Shown: positions 9,687 to 19,335, counted from the stretch's first letter. The stretch is DNA of 41,270 nt from a bacterium (GCA_023249285.1 JAHFCZ010000001.1:14706-55975), one strand, 5' to 3'. The notes: generated by a model from the sequence alone, not told the origin. Numbers and translations are program-made.

Positions 9687-11033
9687 ATGCATATTTACAA
9701 TACCCTGACCCAAACCCTCGACCTTTTTGAGCCGCTTCAGGCTCCGGATGTGCGCATGTATGTCTGCGGTGTGACGGTCTATGATTTGTGCCATATTGGC
9801 CATGCACGAGCGTACGTGAATTTCGATACGATGCGTCGGGTGCTGACCCATTCGGGGTACAATGTAAAATATATTCAAAATTTTACAGATATTGACGATA
9901 AAATTATTGCGCGAGCTCAGGAGCTTGGGATTTCGACGCAGGCGCTCACCGAAGGCTGCATTGCCGATTATTTTCAGGACATGGATCAGCTCAACATTAT
10001 GCGGGCCATGGACTATCCGAAGGCGACGGATTACCTGCCTCAGATGATCGCTATGATTGCCGGGCTTATTGAAAAGGGTGCAGCTTATGCCTCTGGTGGG
10101 GATGTGTTTTATCGGATTTCGGCATTCCCGACCTACGGAAAGCTTTCTAAAAAAGTCTTGGAGGATTTAGTGGTCGGTAAGCGGGTGGACCCTTCCGATA
10201 AAAAACAACATCCTTTGGATTTTGTGCTCTGGAAATCTGCAAAGCCTGGTGAGCCGACTTGGGAGAGTCCCTGGGGTCCTGGACGTCCTGGCTGGCACAT
10301 CGAGTGCTCGGCTATGGCCTTGCAAACACTGGGCGAAACCCTCGATATCCATGGCGGTGGCGAAGACTTGATTTTCCCTCACCATGAAAATGAGATCTGC
10401 CAATCCGAGAGTTTTACGGGGAAAACTTTGGCGCGCTATTGGGTGCATAACGGGTTTGTGACCCTCAAAAACGAAAAAATGTCCAAGTCTTTGAAAAACT
10501 TTTTCACCCTTCGAGAAGTATTGAAGGAATTTTCGGGGGAAGTGATCCGGTTTTTCTTACTGAAAGTCCATTATCGGTCGCCTTTGAATTTCTCCTTTGA
10601 CGGCCTCAAAGAGGCCAAAAGTGCGTATCAGAAATTGTGTGGGATTTTGTTGGCCTTCCCGCCCGATCAGGATGCGGCAGCGCCGGATGCACAGATCTCT
10701 CGCTTACGGGATCAATTTGAGACCTCTATTTGCCAAGATTTTAACTTTACGGAGGCGATCGGGTTTCTATTTGAGATGCGACACCACATCCGTGCCACCG
10801 GGCAGGGGAGCCGGACTTTGTGGAAGTGTGGGCAATTGCTGGGGTTGTTTATGCAACCGATGGCGGCTGATGTCCAGGTGCCACCGGCCCATGTGTTGGC
10901 CTTGGGAGAGGCAAGGGCTACCGCTAAAAAGGCCAGGGATTTTGCCCAGGCGGATGCGCTTAGGTCTGAGATTGCTGCACAGGGATGGGTGGTGGAAGAT
11001 ACCCCGCAGGGCCTTCGGTGGAAACAGGCGTAA
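9687..11033 (+). CDS. cysS: cysteine--tRNA ligase
   Basis: Class I aaRS HIGH motif (CHIGHARAY) and KMSKS (EKMSKSLKN), plus WHIECS, which is typical of CysRS. Confidence 0.96.
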   Translation: MHIYNTLTQTLDLFEPLQAPDVRMYVCGVTVYDLCHIGHARAYVNFDTMRRVLTHSGYNVKYIQNFTDIDDKIIARAQELGISTQALTEGCIADYFQDMDQLNIMRAMDYPKATDYLPQMIAMIAGLIEKGAAYASGGDVFYRISAFPTYGKLSKKVLEDLVVGKRVDPSDKKQHPLDFVLWKSAKPGEPTWESPWGPGRPGWHIECSAMALQTLGETLDIHGGGEDLIFPHHENEICQSESFTGKTLARYWVHNGFVTLKNEKMSKSLKNFFTLREVLKEFSGEVIRFFLLKVHYRSPLNFSFDGLKEAKSAYQKLCGILLAFPPDQDAAAPDAQISRLRDQFETSICQDFNFTEAIGFLFEMRHHIRATGQGSRTLWKCGQLLGLFMQPMAADVQVPPAHVLALGEARATAKKARDFAQADALRSEIAAQGWVVEDTPQGLRWKQA

Positions 11034-11180
11034 CGCCCCTATTTTACAGGGATTGATGACCCTTATGAGGTGCCGGAGTCTCCGGAAGTCGTGGTTTCGC
11101 CCCATCAAGAATCGGTGACCGAGAGTGTGGCGAAGGTGATGGATTATTTGCAGGCTCGTGTGTGAGAAAGGAGTAGGTTC

Positions 11181-12011
11181 ATGATTGCATTTTTGGTCTA
11201 TTCTCACGTGTTTTTGGGGGTGTGTTTGGCGTCTTTGGCCGCTCAGGTGATGCAGATCTCGGGGAGTGGACTGTCATGGCCACTCTTGGTGTTGATCTGG
11301 GGGGCAACCGTGTTTTTGTACAATTTACATGCCTTGATCCGGCTTTCTGAAAAACGAGATTTTCCCCGGTATCAGGCCCGATATGCTTGGGTTCAAAGTA
11401 ATGTGGGTTGGGTGAAAATTCTGATAGGGATTGGGATGATCGCGAGTGCAGTCGGGTTGTTGGCCTTGCCGACCCGATTGTGGGGGTTGGTGGGGGTGCT
11501 GGGGGGTATGAGCTTGGCCTATAGCGTGCCCGTCTTTACGCCGTTTTTTAATACTATGCCGCGACTGCGCGACATTCCGTATGTGAAATTTTTTGTGTTG
11601 GTGAGTGTGCTCACGGTGACCGTGGTGGGGTTGCCTGCGATGTTGTCATTGGGCGGGCTGAAAGTGCTGACTTGGGTGCGGATGGGGCTGTTTTTGGCCG
11701 CTATTACCCTGCCTTTTGATATCCGGGATTTGGAGTTTGACCGTCATCAGGGCTTGCCCACCTTGGCAACGTGGTTGGGTGAGGACCGGGCGCGACAGTG
11801 GGCGTTGGTGGCCTTGGCGCTGAGTGCCGTAGTGGCTGCATTCGAATTTAGCGCCCTTCCTTTTGCCAAATTAATGGTCATGGCCTTGGGTTATGGCGTG
11901 ACCTGGGCCATTTTAATGCGGGTCCGCACTGAGCGTTCCGGGCTCTTTTATGGGGTTTGGGTGGAGGGGGCGTTGTTGTTCCAGAGCCTGCTTATTTTGA
12001 CTTTGTTTTAG
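11181..12011 (+). CDS. polytopic membrane protein, possibly UbiA-superfamily prenyltransferase-like
   Basis: 276 aa with about 8 hydrophobic helices. An Asp-rich loop (LPFDIRDLEFDRHQGLPT) resembles the second Asp motif of UbiA enzymes. A first NxxxDxxxD motif is not evident. Confidence 0.45.
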   Translation: MIAFLVYSHVFLGVCLASLAAQVMQISGSGLSWPLLVLIWGATVFLYNLHALIRLSEKRDFPRYQARYAWVQSNVGWVKILIGIGMIASAVGLLALPTRLWGLVGVLGGMSLAYSVPVFTPFFNTMPRLRDIPYVKFFVLVSVLTVTVVGLPAMLSLGGLKVLTWVRMGLFLAAITLPFDIRDLEFDRHQGLPTLATWLGEDRARQWALVALALSAVVAAFEFSALPFAKLMVMALGYGVTWAILMRVRTERSGLFYGVWVEGALLFQSLLILTLF

Positions 12012-12020
12012 ATATGCCAA

Positions 12021-13184
12021 TTAGCGCGGGAGGGGTTCGGTGCCGATGCTCAGAATGTTGAGATAGTCGGTATATGCAAATACTCTATGTCTCTTTTTAC
12101 CGGTGGTTTCAGTGAGGATTCCCAGTTTTTCGAATTTAGAGGCAATTTTTATGACGGTGGGAAGACTGAGTTTACACTGAAGGGTCATCTGTTTTGGTGT
12201 TGTAATGGGGTGTTGTTTAATGTGATCGTAGACGACACTCATAGCGTGTGTATATGCAGGGGAAGTCTCGATTTTTTTTTGGTGTTCTTCAAAAAGTGCT
12301 TTGATGGTTTGTGCCGTTTGGAGTGCTTGTTCAGCAGTTTCGACGATTCCTGTTAGAAAAAAGCTGATCCAGGATTCCCAGTCCCCGGTTTCTCGAATGG
12401 CTTGAAGGTGATGATAGTATTGCTTTCTGTTTGTTTTAAGATAAAGACTGAGGTAGAGGTATGGTTCTGCAAGCAAATTTTGAGCACATAAGAGTAAGGT
12501 GATGAGCAACCTTCCCAGTCGGCCATTCCCATCTAGAAAAGGGTGAATAGTTTCAAATTGAGCATGAATAAGGCTGATTTTAATGAGTGTGGGGAGATGC
12601 GTTTCGGCGTCATGCATAAAATCTTCTAAATCGCCAAGTAATTTGGAGAGATGTCCGGGCGGTGGCGGAACAAACGCTGCAGTTCCGGGACGTGTTCCTC
12701 CGATCCAGTTTTGTGAGGTTCGAAATTCCCCTGGGGTTTTAGTGCTTCCTCTTGTATTTGACATTAATTTTTTATGGATTTCTCGCATCATTCGGAGTGA
12801 AATAGGGAGTGTTTTGAGTCGATTAATCCCATAGTTAATGGCTGTGATGTAACTTGAAACTTCTTGGATATCGTCCAGGGGTAACTTTTGCGTAGGATCT
12901 GCGTTGAAAAGGAGAAGCTCGGATAAAGACGATTGGGTGCCTTCGATTTGGGAAGAGAGGAGTGCCTCTTTTGTGACATACATGTACAGAAATAGGGTGG
13001 TGTCGGGTAGGATAAATCGAATCCCGTCTAAACGCCCCAGGGCCGCACTGGCTTTTTCTAGGAGTTGGAGATCAAATTGAATGGGAGGGAAAGGCGGTAG
13101 TTTGGGTGGGATGTAGGCACTAATGGATTCCCCAGCGATTGTTTTTGTGGAGTATAAGCCTATTCGTGAATTGTCTTGAATCAT
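12021..13184 (-). CDS. Fic-family protein (AMPylase type) with an intramolecular inhibitory motif, class II architecture
   Basis: Canonical HPFLDGNGRLGRLL (HxFxDGNGRxxR) is present. The N-terminal Fic_N-like region carries SSQIEG, which fits (S/T)xxxE(G/N). The C-terminal roughly 70 aa looks like a winged helix. AAGGA Shine-Dalgarno is present. Sampled lines give about 35-40% GC against about 50-53% in the flanks. Confidence 0.9.
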   Translation of the reverse strand: MIQDNSRIGLYSTKTIAGESISAYIPPKLPPFPPIQFDLQLLEKASAALGRLDGIRFILPDTTLFLYMYVTKEALLSSQIEGTQSSLSELLLFNADPTQKLPLDDIQEVSSYITAINYGINRLKTLPISLRMMREIHKKLMSNTRGSTKTPGEFRTSQNWIGGTRPGTAAFVPPPPGHLSKLLGDLEDFMHDAETHLPTLIKISLIHAQFETIHPFLDGNGRLGRLLITLLLCAQNLLAEPYLYLSLYLKTNRKQYYHHLQAIRETGDWESWISFFLTGIVETAEQALQTAQTIKALFEEHQKKIETSPAYTHAMSVVYDHIKQHPITTPKQMTLQCKLSLPTVIKIASKFEKLGILTETTGKKRHRVFAYTDYLNILSIGTEPLPR

Positions 13185-13294
13185 CCCAATCCTTTTTAAA
13201 TTAAATTATTGCATATTTTTTTATTTGTCTAAAGTATAACTAAAATTTTTTCCAGATACAAGTAAGTAATTAAAATTTTCAAGGATATCTTTCT

Positions 13295-15217
13295 TTATTT
13301 TGTCTCAAAAAAAATCTGGTGCCACAGGGCGAGATTGAGCCGTCGTACGGGCGTGGATTGGGTTTTGAATTGGGTAATAAAGCGTGAGGCTTGTAGCGTG
13401 GATGCCAGCCATTTTTGAAGAGGGCCGCTAAACCAAGCGTCTTCGGGGACGGGCCATCCCATTTTGGATTTGCGCCAGACGATGTCGTCGGGTAACAAGC
13501 CGTTAAACGCTTTTCGAGCTAGCCATTTGGTCCAGCCCTCATGCATCTTGTAACAGGCAGGCACGGTGGCGAGGAAATTTACCAAACGATAGTCCATGAA
13601 GGGCATCCGACTCTCAATCGAGAAGGCCATGGATGTGGCATCGGCATAGTGGAGGAGATTCGGGAGTTTGGTGAGAAATTCGTGCTGAAGGTAGGCATTC
13701 AGGTCAACGTAGGGGTTGACTTTTGGCATTGCGATTTTTATCAGTTTTGAGGCCAATACGGGGCCTAAAAGGGTTTTGAGGAGGTTGCAAGCGAGGCCCT
13801 TGGTGACATAGCCCTTATTGGGGCTGTTTTTCCAAAATGCAAGTGCTTGCCCGAAAGCGGCTTGGGGGCTCGTGTTTGCCAAATAAAACATGACGTTATG
13901 GGCATAGCCCCCCAATTGCTCATCCGCACCCTGGCCATCCAACGTTACCGTAACTCTGTTGCGAGAAGCCCCATAGTCGCACTTTTCGCCCTCCTCATTT
14001 AAACCTGCTAAACCATGTCGGGCGATAAACTGTGACTCTGGCGCTTTCGCTAACATCGTCTTTCCAACAGGTGTTTGTGGGGGAAAAAATGTCTGGCTGA
14101 CCAGGTGGAACGTATGCCAGCTGGATTGGAGGGTCGTGTTGGGGGGGCATTCGAGGGCGGTGATGAGTTGGGGGTGGCGTTGGGGGATATCGTCGGGGTT
14201 GGGCTCGATGCTGAAGGCGTTAAGATTCAGATCCTTGGCGAGGCGCTGGATGTAGGGGCTTTCGTCACAGTGGGCAGCGTCGGGATGGTGATAGACACAA
14301 GAAAACGTTTTTTGGTTTTCGGTGGCGTTGGCTTCGTGGAGGAGCTGATTGACCAGGTAGACAATGCTGGCACTGTCCAGGCCGCCAGACAGGGCAGAGC
14401 CGATTGGGACATCGGCCCGCAACCGAAGGCGAACGGCATCGGTCAGGAGGTCTCGGTAGGTTTTTGCAAGGGTTTCGGCTTTTTGGGGATCAAAGATCTC
14501 ATCGGGGGCCGGTGGGGGGAGGGTCCAAAATAACTGGGGTTTGATTGGCTGTGTGAGGAGGCGATCGGCAGGGCCTTCCCAGTAACTGGCAGCCGGGAAG
14601 CGCGTAATGCCTTCAAAGCACGTCTCGGCCTGGTGTTCAGCCGGACCAGAGTCCAGGTACTGTTGGCATTGGGTGAGATTGGGGGTCGGGGTGAGAGAGG
14701 GATGGGCTAAAATGGCCTTAATTTCAGACGCGCAGATCCAGGTTTTCGTGTCGGGATTGTGGTAGGTATAGAGGGGTTTGACGCCGAAGCGATCTCGGGA
14801 AATGAGGACGGTTTGGGTCTGGGTATCGAGTAGTACAAAGGCCCACATGCCATTGAATTTGGAGAGGGCTTGTACCCCCCATTTATGATATGCCAAGGCG
14901 ATGATTTCGGTGTCTGTGCCGGTATGGATGGGGTATCCGAGGGCCTCGAGCTCGGCTTTGAGCTCAATAAAATTAAAGATTTCACCGTTGAAGATGAGCT
15001 TGTACCGGTCCAGGAGGGTCATCGGTTGCGCCCCTTTGGGGCTGAGGTCCAGAATCGAGAGTCGTCGGTGCCCGAGGCCGATGTGGAGGGTGTCAGAGAG
15101 GTTGAGGATTTCCAGGCCCTGACTATCTGGACCGCGGTGGGTCATCGAGTCGGTCATGGCGGCCAAAAGGGTGGGGTCGATGGGATGCTGAGAAAAGAGA
15201 CCGAGTAATCCGCACAT
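13295..15217 (-). CDS. asnB: asparagine synthase (glutamine-hydrolysing) family amidotransferase
   Basis: It starts MCGLLG, so the Ntn Cys2 nucleophile is present. It also has the PP-loop SGGLDSA and GQGADEQLGGY. At 640 aa it is longer than classical AsnB. Confidence 0.88.
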   Translation of the reverse strand: MCGLLGLFSQHPIDPTLLAAMTDSMTHRGPDSQGLEILNLSDTLHIGLGHRRLSILDLSPKGAQPMTLLDRYKLIFNGEIFNFIELKAELEALGYPIHTGTDTEIIALAYHKWGVQALSKFNGMWAFVLLDTQTQTVLISRDRFGVKPLYTYHNPDTKTWICASEIKAILAHPSLTPTPNLTQCQQYLDSGPAEHQAETCFEGITRFPAASYWEGPADRLLTQPIKPQLFWTLPPPAPDEIFDPQKAETLAKTYRDLLTDAVRLRLRADVPIGSALSGGLDSASIVYLVNQLLHEANATENQKTFSCVYHHPDAAHCDESPYIQRLAKDLNLNAFSIEPNPDDIPQRHPQLITALECPPNTTLQSSWHTFHLVSQTFFPPQTPVGKTMLAKAPESQFIARHGLAGLNEEGEKCDYGASRNRVTVTLDGQGADEQLGGYAHNVMFYLANTSPQAAFGQALAFWKNSPNKGYVTKGLACNLLKTLLGPVLASKLIKIAMPKVNPYVDLNAYLQHEFLTKLPNLLHYADATSMAFSIESRMPFMDYRLVNFLATVPACYKMHEGWTKWLARKAFNGLLPDDIVWRKSKMGWPVPEDAWFSGPLQKWLASTLQASRFITQFKTQSTPVRRLNLALWHQIFFETK

Positions 15218-15234
15218 TTTGTTATACTAGCACA

Positions 15235-16488
15235 ATGCGACCACGGATTTTAATTGGGCTAAAGGAAATTGCCGGCTATTACGGGCAACTGGCATTGGGG
15301 CTGCGTCAGTTGGGGTATCCGGTGTCTTTTTGGCAATTGTTGTCGACCTCCCATCGCTATGAAGCTGAAACCGCGACGCCCTTGGTCATGCAGTGGATTC
15401 GACAGTTTTGTAGCTGGCGACGGGATACGCCTTGGTCACGGCCGTTTCGGAAAGTGGTGGGGATTGGTCTGGGTGCAGTGCTGCATTTTGGGCTGTTTTT
15501 GATTGCGCTTTGCCGGTTTGATGTGTTTATTTTTTCCTATGATTCGTCGTTTTTGGGGGGCTGGGAATTTTGGATTTTGAGGCTCTTTGGGAAGCGGATT
15601 ATTTGTGTGTTTAATGGGAGTGAATCCCGGCCTCCGTATGTGGACGGAACCTACTTGCATCGGGGGTATTCCCTTGCAAAATTAGCCACTATGACCCAAA
15701 AAATGAAACGATTTGTCGCCTCGCGAGAGCAGGCGGCCAACGTTATTGTGATGGTGTCTCCGCATGGGTATTTTAATACGAAGCCGTTTATCCACGGGAT
15801 GATAATTGGCCAGCCTTGTGATGCGGATCGGATCGCCCGGTTAGTGGGGTCGCCAGCGGCGAGAAAACCCGATGATCCGGTTCGGATTTCTTTTTATGAT
15901 GCCCTCAACAAAGGGGGCGATGAAATTCGTGGTTTGTTGGATCGATTGGGCCAGCGTTATGCCATTGAAATCCGCCCCATTAAGGGGATGACCCATCCGG
16001 AAAGCCTACGGTGTATGGCGGGTAGCGACATTGTTATTGACCAGTTGTACAGCGACATGGCCTTGCCGATGATGAGCCTTGAGGCTGGGGCATTGGGCCG
16101 TGCGTCGATTGTGGCTGGCTATGCGTATGACGAGCCACGATTTTCACCGAATATTTTTTGTGCACCCGAGGCCTTGGAAGCAATGGTGGTTTCCCTCATT
16201 GAAGACCCTGAAAAACGGCAGGTGTTGGGGGAGTCGATGCAGCGTTATGTTTGCGAAGAAATGAGTGCGGTCAGTGTGGCCCGACGATTTTCCAAATTGA
16301 TCGAAGGGGATATTCCCGAATCGTGGTGGGTGGATCCGATGCAGACCGTTTATTTATGGGGGGTGAGTGCCTCCCGCTCGATGATTTGTGAGACAGTTCG
16401 ACACCTCACGGATCAGCTGGGATGGTCGGTATTGCAGTTGGGAGACAAGCCGGATTTAGAAGCAGCGTATCAAAAGGAAGTGGCATGA
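15235..16488 (+). CDS. putative GT-B fold glycosyltransferase (weak call)
   Basis: 417-aa ORF whose stop overlaps the next start (ATGA). The C-terminal half has a GT-B-like segment (MSLEAGALGRASIV). No strong signature. Confidence 0.45.
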   Translation: MRPRILIGLKEIAGYYGQLALGLRQLGYPVSFWQLLSTSHRYEAETATPLVMQWIRQFCSWRRDTPWSRPFRKVVGIGLGAVLHFGLFLIALCRFDVFIFSYDSSFLGGWEFWILRLFGKRIICVFNGSESRPPYVDGTYLHRGYSLAKLATMTQKMKRFVASREQAANVIVMVSPHGYFNTKPFIHGMIIGQPCDADRIARLVGSPAARKPDDPVRISFYDALNKGGDEIRGLLDRLGQRYAIEIRPIKGMTHPESLRCMAGSDIVIDQLYSDMALPMMSLEAGALGRASIVAGYAYDEPRFSPNIFCAPEALEAMVVSLIEDPEKRQVLGESMQRYVCEEMSAVSVARRFSKLIEGDIPESWWVDPMQTVYLWGVSASRSMICETVRHLTDQLGWSVLQLGDKPDLEAAYQKEVA

Positions 16489-17636
16489 AGACTCGGGTAC
16501 TGGTGCTGGCCTTTTCGCACTTGAGTCGGGATCCTCGGATTTTTCGACAACTGAAATTTTTGAGCTTGGATCCGAAATTTGAGGTCACAGCGGCTGGATT
16601 CGATGCACCGTTGGTGGCGGTCCACCAGTTTGTGTCGCTTCCGGTGTTTCGGTCTAAATCTATCCTTGAGAAAGCCCTATTTGCAACTCAGTTGCAAATC
16701 TTACCGGCTCAGACGGTGTATTGGCGAAACCCGGTTGTACAGGCGGCTATGCGGGCCTTAAAAGACCAGGTGTATGACCTTATTATCGCCAATGATATTG
16801 AAACCTTGCCCTTGGCGTTGGCCTTGGCAGGGCCGAAGACCAAGGTGATTTTGGATGCCCACGAATACACCCCCAAGCAATTTGATGGCGAGTGGACGTT
16901 TCGGACGTTTTGGCAGCCGTATTGGGAGGCCTTGTGTCGGGAGTTTTTACCCAAAGTCGATGGGATGATGACGGTGTGTAACGGGATTGCGAAGGCCTAT
17001 GCCCATGCGTACGAGGTGGACCCGATCGTGGTGACCAATGCCCCGTTTTCGGCCGAGTGTCAGCCGCGGCCCACGGATCCCAATCGGATTAACTTGGTGC
17101 ACCATGGGTTGGCCAAGCGGGCCCGGGCTTTGGAAAATATGATTGAACTTATGCGGCATTTGGATGGGCGATTTACCCTGGATTTAATCTTGGTGCCGGA
17201 TCATAAGGACTATGAGGCTGAATTGCGACATCTGGCGCGGGATCTCCCCCAAGTCCATTTCAAACCCCCGGTACCGATGCCTGAAATTTCGACGATGCTC
17301 AATGCGCATTATGACTTGGGGCTGTGTTTGTTTCCCAGTGGGTCGGCCAACTACAATTTTATTTTGCCCAATAAATTTTTTGAGTTTGTGCAGGGGAATT
17401 TGGGCGTGATCACGTGGTCGTCTCCGGAGATTGTGGCGATGTTGCAAGACGCGCCCTGTGGGGTGATTGTGCCTTGGGATGTGTCCTCCGCGGCGGCACA
17501 TTTACGGGCCTTAACGGGGCCACAGGTGGATGGATTGAAGCAGGCGTCTCACCTGGCGGCCCAGGTCTGGAATGCAGAACAGAATCGGGATAAGGTGATG
17601 ACGCTGATCGATCAGGTGATGGGAAAGGGAGGATAA
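16485..17636 (+). CDS. glycosyltransferase, group 1 (GT4-like)
   Basis: MKTRVLVLAF... N-terminal Rossmann start. The C-terminal region FPSGSANYNFILPNKFFEFVQGNLGVI resembles the EX7E region of GT-B retaining transferases. The start at 16485 is translationally coupled to the upstream gene. Confidence 0.65.
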   Translation: MKTRVLVLAFSHLSRDPRIFRQLKFLSLDPKFEVTAAGFDAPLVAVHQFVSLPVFRSKSILEKALFATQLQILPAQTVYWRNPVVQAAMRALKDQVYDLIIANDIETLPLALALAGPKTKVILDAHEYTPKQFDGEWTFRTFWQPYWEALCREFLPKVDGMMTVCNGIAKAYAHAYEVDPIVVTNAPFSAECQPRPTDPNRINLVHHGLAKRARALENMIELMRHLDGRFTLDLILVPDHKDYEAELRHLARDLPQVHFKPPVPMPEISTMLNAHYDLGLCLFPSGSANYNFILPNKFFEFVQGNLGVITWSSPEIVAMLQDAPCGVIVPWDVSSAAAHLRALTGPQVDGLKQASHLAAQVWNAEQNRDKVMTLIDQVMGKGG

Positions 17637-17639
17637 ACC

Positions 17640-19208
17640 GTGCTCAAACGATGGCTGGAAGTGGCGGGGTTGGTGGTTTTGTACGGCGTTACCCATGGGT
17701 GGATGCTCTTAAATCGGGGCATTTATTGGGATGATTGGTGTCATTATCACGCCTCGCCGTTGGTGGTGAAATATGAGTTTTGGCAAAGCGGGTTGATTTG
17801 GCCCGGGTATTTACAGTCGTTTTTGTACAGCTTTCAAGACGGCATTCTTTTGCACCGCCTGATCATTTTTGGGTGTTATTTGGGGGCGATGTTGGCCTTG
17901 TGGGGGATTTTAAAGCGAGAGGATCGGGTGTCAGATTTTGATCGGCTGGGCATTGTCGGATTGTTTATGGCATTCCCGGTGAATCAAGCCCGGATTGTCT
18001 TGGCGAATATTCACTTTGCGATCCCGTACTTTCTGTTTTTTATGGCTTGGTTGGCGCTTAGTTTTCAGGTCGAACGTCCGAGATGGTGGCTGCGCGTGTT
18101 GGCGGGGGTTGGGTTTTTTCTGTCCTTTTTTATGAACTCAATTTTGGTGTTTTTTGGGTGTGTGCTGGTGTGGCTATTTTGGATCAAACGCCAGTCGTTT
18201 AAGCGCTATCCCGACTTTATCCTGTTGCCGATTTTATTTTGGATTTTTCGCAATACCGTGATCAAACCCTTTGGGTTTTGGGCGGGGTATAATTCGCTGA
18301 GTGTTCATTCCTTGGCCTTGTCCCCCTTTCGTACGGTGTTGGGCATGTGTCAGTCGTTTTTTGTACCGTTGGATGCAGGGCTGGACTTGATTCTATCTTG
18401 GTCCTGGGTGGCGGTGGCGGCGGTGGTATTGGTGGGGTGGTGGCGTCGCGAAGATGCGGATCAACGGGTGTCCCCTTGGTGGGGATTTGGATTTGGTGTA
18501 GTGGCCTTAATCGCGGCTATTTTTCCGTATGCGGCGGTGGGGAGTGCGGCGATGCCGGATGTCGGGCAATGGTTTAGCCGACACCAGACCTTGGTTCCCT
18601 TGGGTGCGGCCTTGATTTTGGTGTACGGGGTCCGGGGGATGTTTCCCTCTGTGACGGCGCAACGCTGGGTGATCGCCGGGCTTTTAAGTGTGTGTATGTT
18701 TGCCACGATTGGGCGGTATGTGGAGTTGCAAAAAGATTGGTTTAAACAAGTGGCCTTGATTGAGTGGTTTAAATCCGATCCTGAAATCCGAGCGCATCAT
18801 ACGTTTTTGATTGCGGATCGGGCAGTGGAATTTAATGCCAATGAACGGTTTTTGCGGCCGTATGAATATGGGGCCTTGTTTTATGAGGCGTTTGGGGATC
18901 AGACCCGATTTGGGATGTCGACGGAGGATCATTTATGGGAACGGGGTGGAGTTGTGTCGCTGTTTGCCCAATATCGCGCAGAAATCCCCAAGGCCCGAAA
19001 ATGGGGGGTGTTTACCTCTCTGGAAATCGGCAAAATGAAGGACTATGTCCCGGCGCCTTTTGACTATCAACTCACGATCACCCCCGCGCATCCGTACCCG
19101 GTGTCGTTTAAAAAGACGATGGTGTTGGCCTTGAAATCATGGGTGAATCCGCCTGCTTTTCGTCAGGCGACGACACACTTAATCACCATTAAAGGGGCTC
19201 AGTTTTGA
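17640..19208 (+). CDS. polytopic membrane protein, GT-C-like (ArnT/PMT-type) glycosyltransferase candidate
   Basis: GTG start, 522 aa, about 11 hydrophobic helices followed by a soluble tail of about 150 aa. An acidic DD pair sits in the first predicted loop (GIYWDDW), as in GT-C enzymes. Confidence 0.5.
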   Translation: MLKRWLEVAGLVVLYGVTHGWMLLNRGIYWDDWCHYHASPLVVKYEFWQSGLIWPGYLQSFLYSFQDGILLHRLIIFGCYLGAMLALWGILKREDRVSDFDRLGIVGLFMAFPVNQARIVLANIHFAIPYFLFFMAWLALSFQVERPRWWLRVLAGVGFFLSFFMNSILVFFGCVLVWLFWIKRQSFKRYPDFILLPILFWIFRNTVIKPFGFWAGYNSLSVHSLALSPFRTVLGMCQSFFVPLDAGLDLILSWSWVAVAAVVLVGWWRREDADQRVSPWWGFGFGVVALIAAIFPYAAVGSAAMPDVGQWFSRHQTLVPLGAALILVYGVRGMFPSVTAQRWVIAGLLSVCMFATIGRYVELQKDWFKQVALIEWFKSDPEIRAHHTFLIADRAVEFNANERFLRPYEYGALFYEAFGDQTRFGMSTEDHLWERGGVVSLFAQYRAEIPKARKWGVFTSLEIGKMKDYVPAPFDYQLTITPAHPYPVSFKKTMVLALKSWVNPPAFRQATTHLITIKGAQF

Positions 19209-19216
19209 AATATCCA

Positions 19217-19335
19217 CCCCCACCCCCAACCCCTCCCCATTCCCTCTGGGAATAGAGAGGGGAGCTTGAATTCAATCTTTTTTATTGGGGTTCCCCTCTC
19301 TATTTTGAAAAAATGGGGAGGGGCTAGGGGTGGGG
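19217..19335. repeat. nested palindromic element with G-quadruplex-type arms between convergent genes
   Basis: Outer arms 19218-19239 and 19314-19335 are complementary at 20 of 22 positions. Inner arms aatagagagggga (19251-19263) and tcccctctctatt (19292-19304) match at 13 of 13. The centre holds the perfect palindrome ttgaattcaa (19266-19275). Confidence 0.8.

Noticed and set aside
11061-11078. Perfect palindrome ccggag-t-ctccgg in the cysS downstream spacer, considered as a terminator or operator.
   Set aside because: A one-nucleotide loop cannot form a stable RNA hairpin and no T-tract follows. A 6-bp inverted repeat is expected by chance, and there is no second copy.
11034-11165. The reading frame stays open for 43 codons in frame after the cysS TAA stop, raising the idea of stop-codon read-through.
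   Set aside because: CysS is already full length at 448 aa and ends in its normal C-terminal region. A 43-codon open stretch is not statistically remarkable, and no read-through context or conserved peptide is evident.
12021-13294. FicT/FicA-type toxin-antitoxin pair.
   Set aside because: There is no small ORF upstream or downstream. The inhibitory (S/T)xxxE(G/N) motif is inside the Fic protein itself, giving class II architecture.
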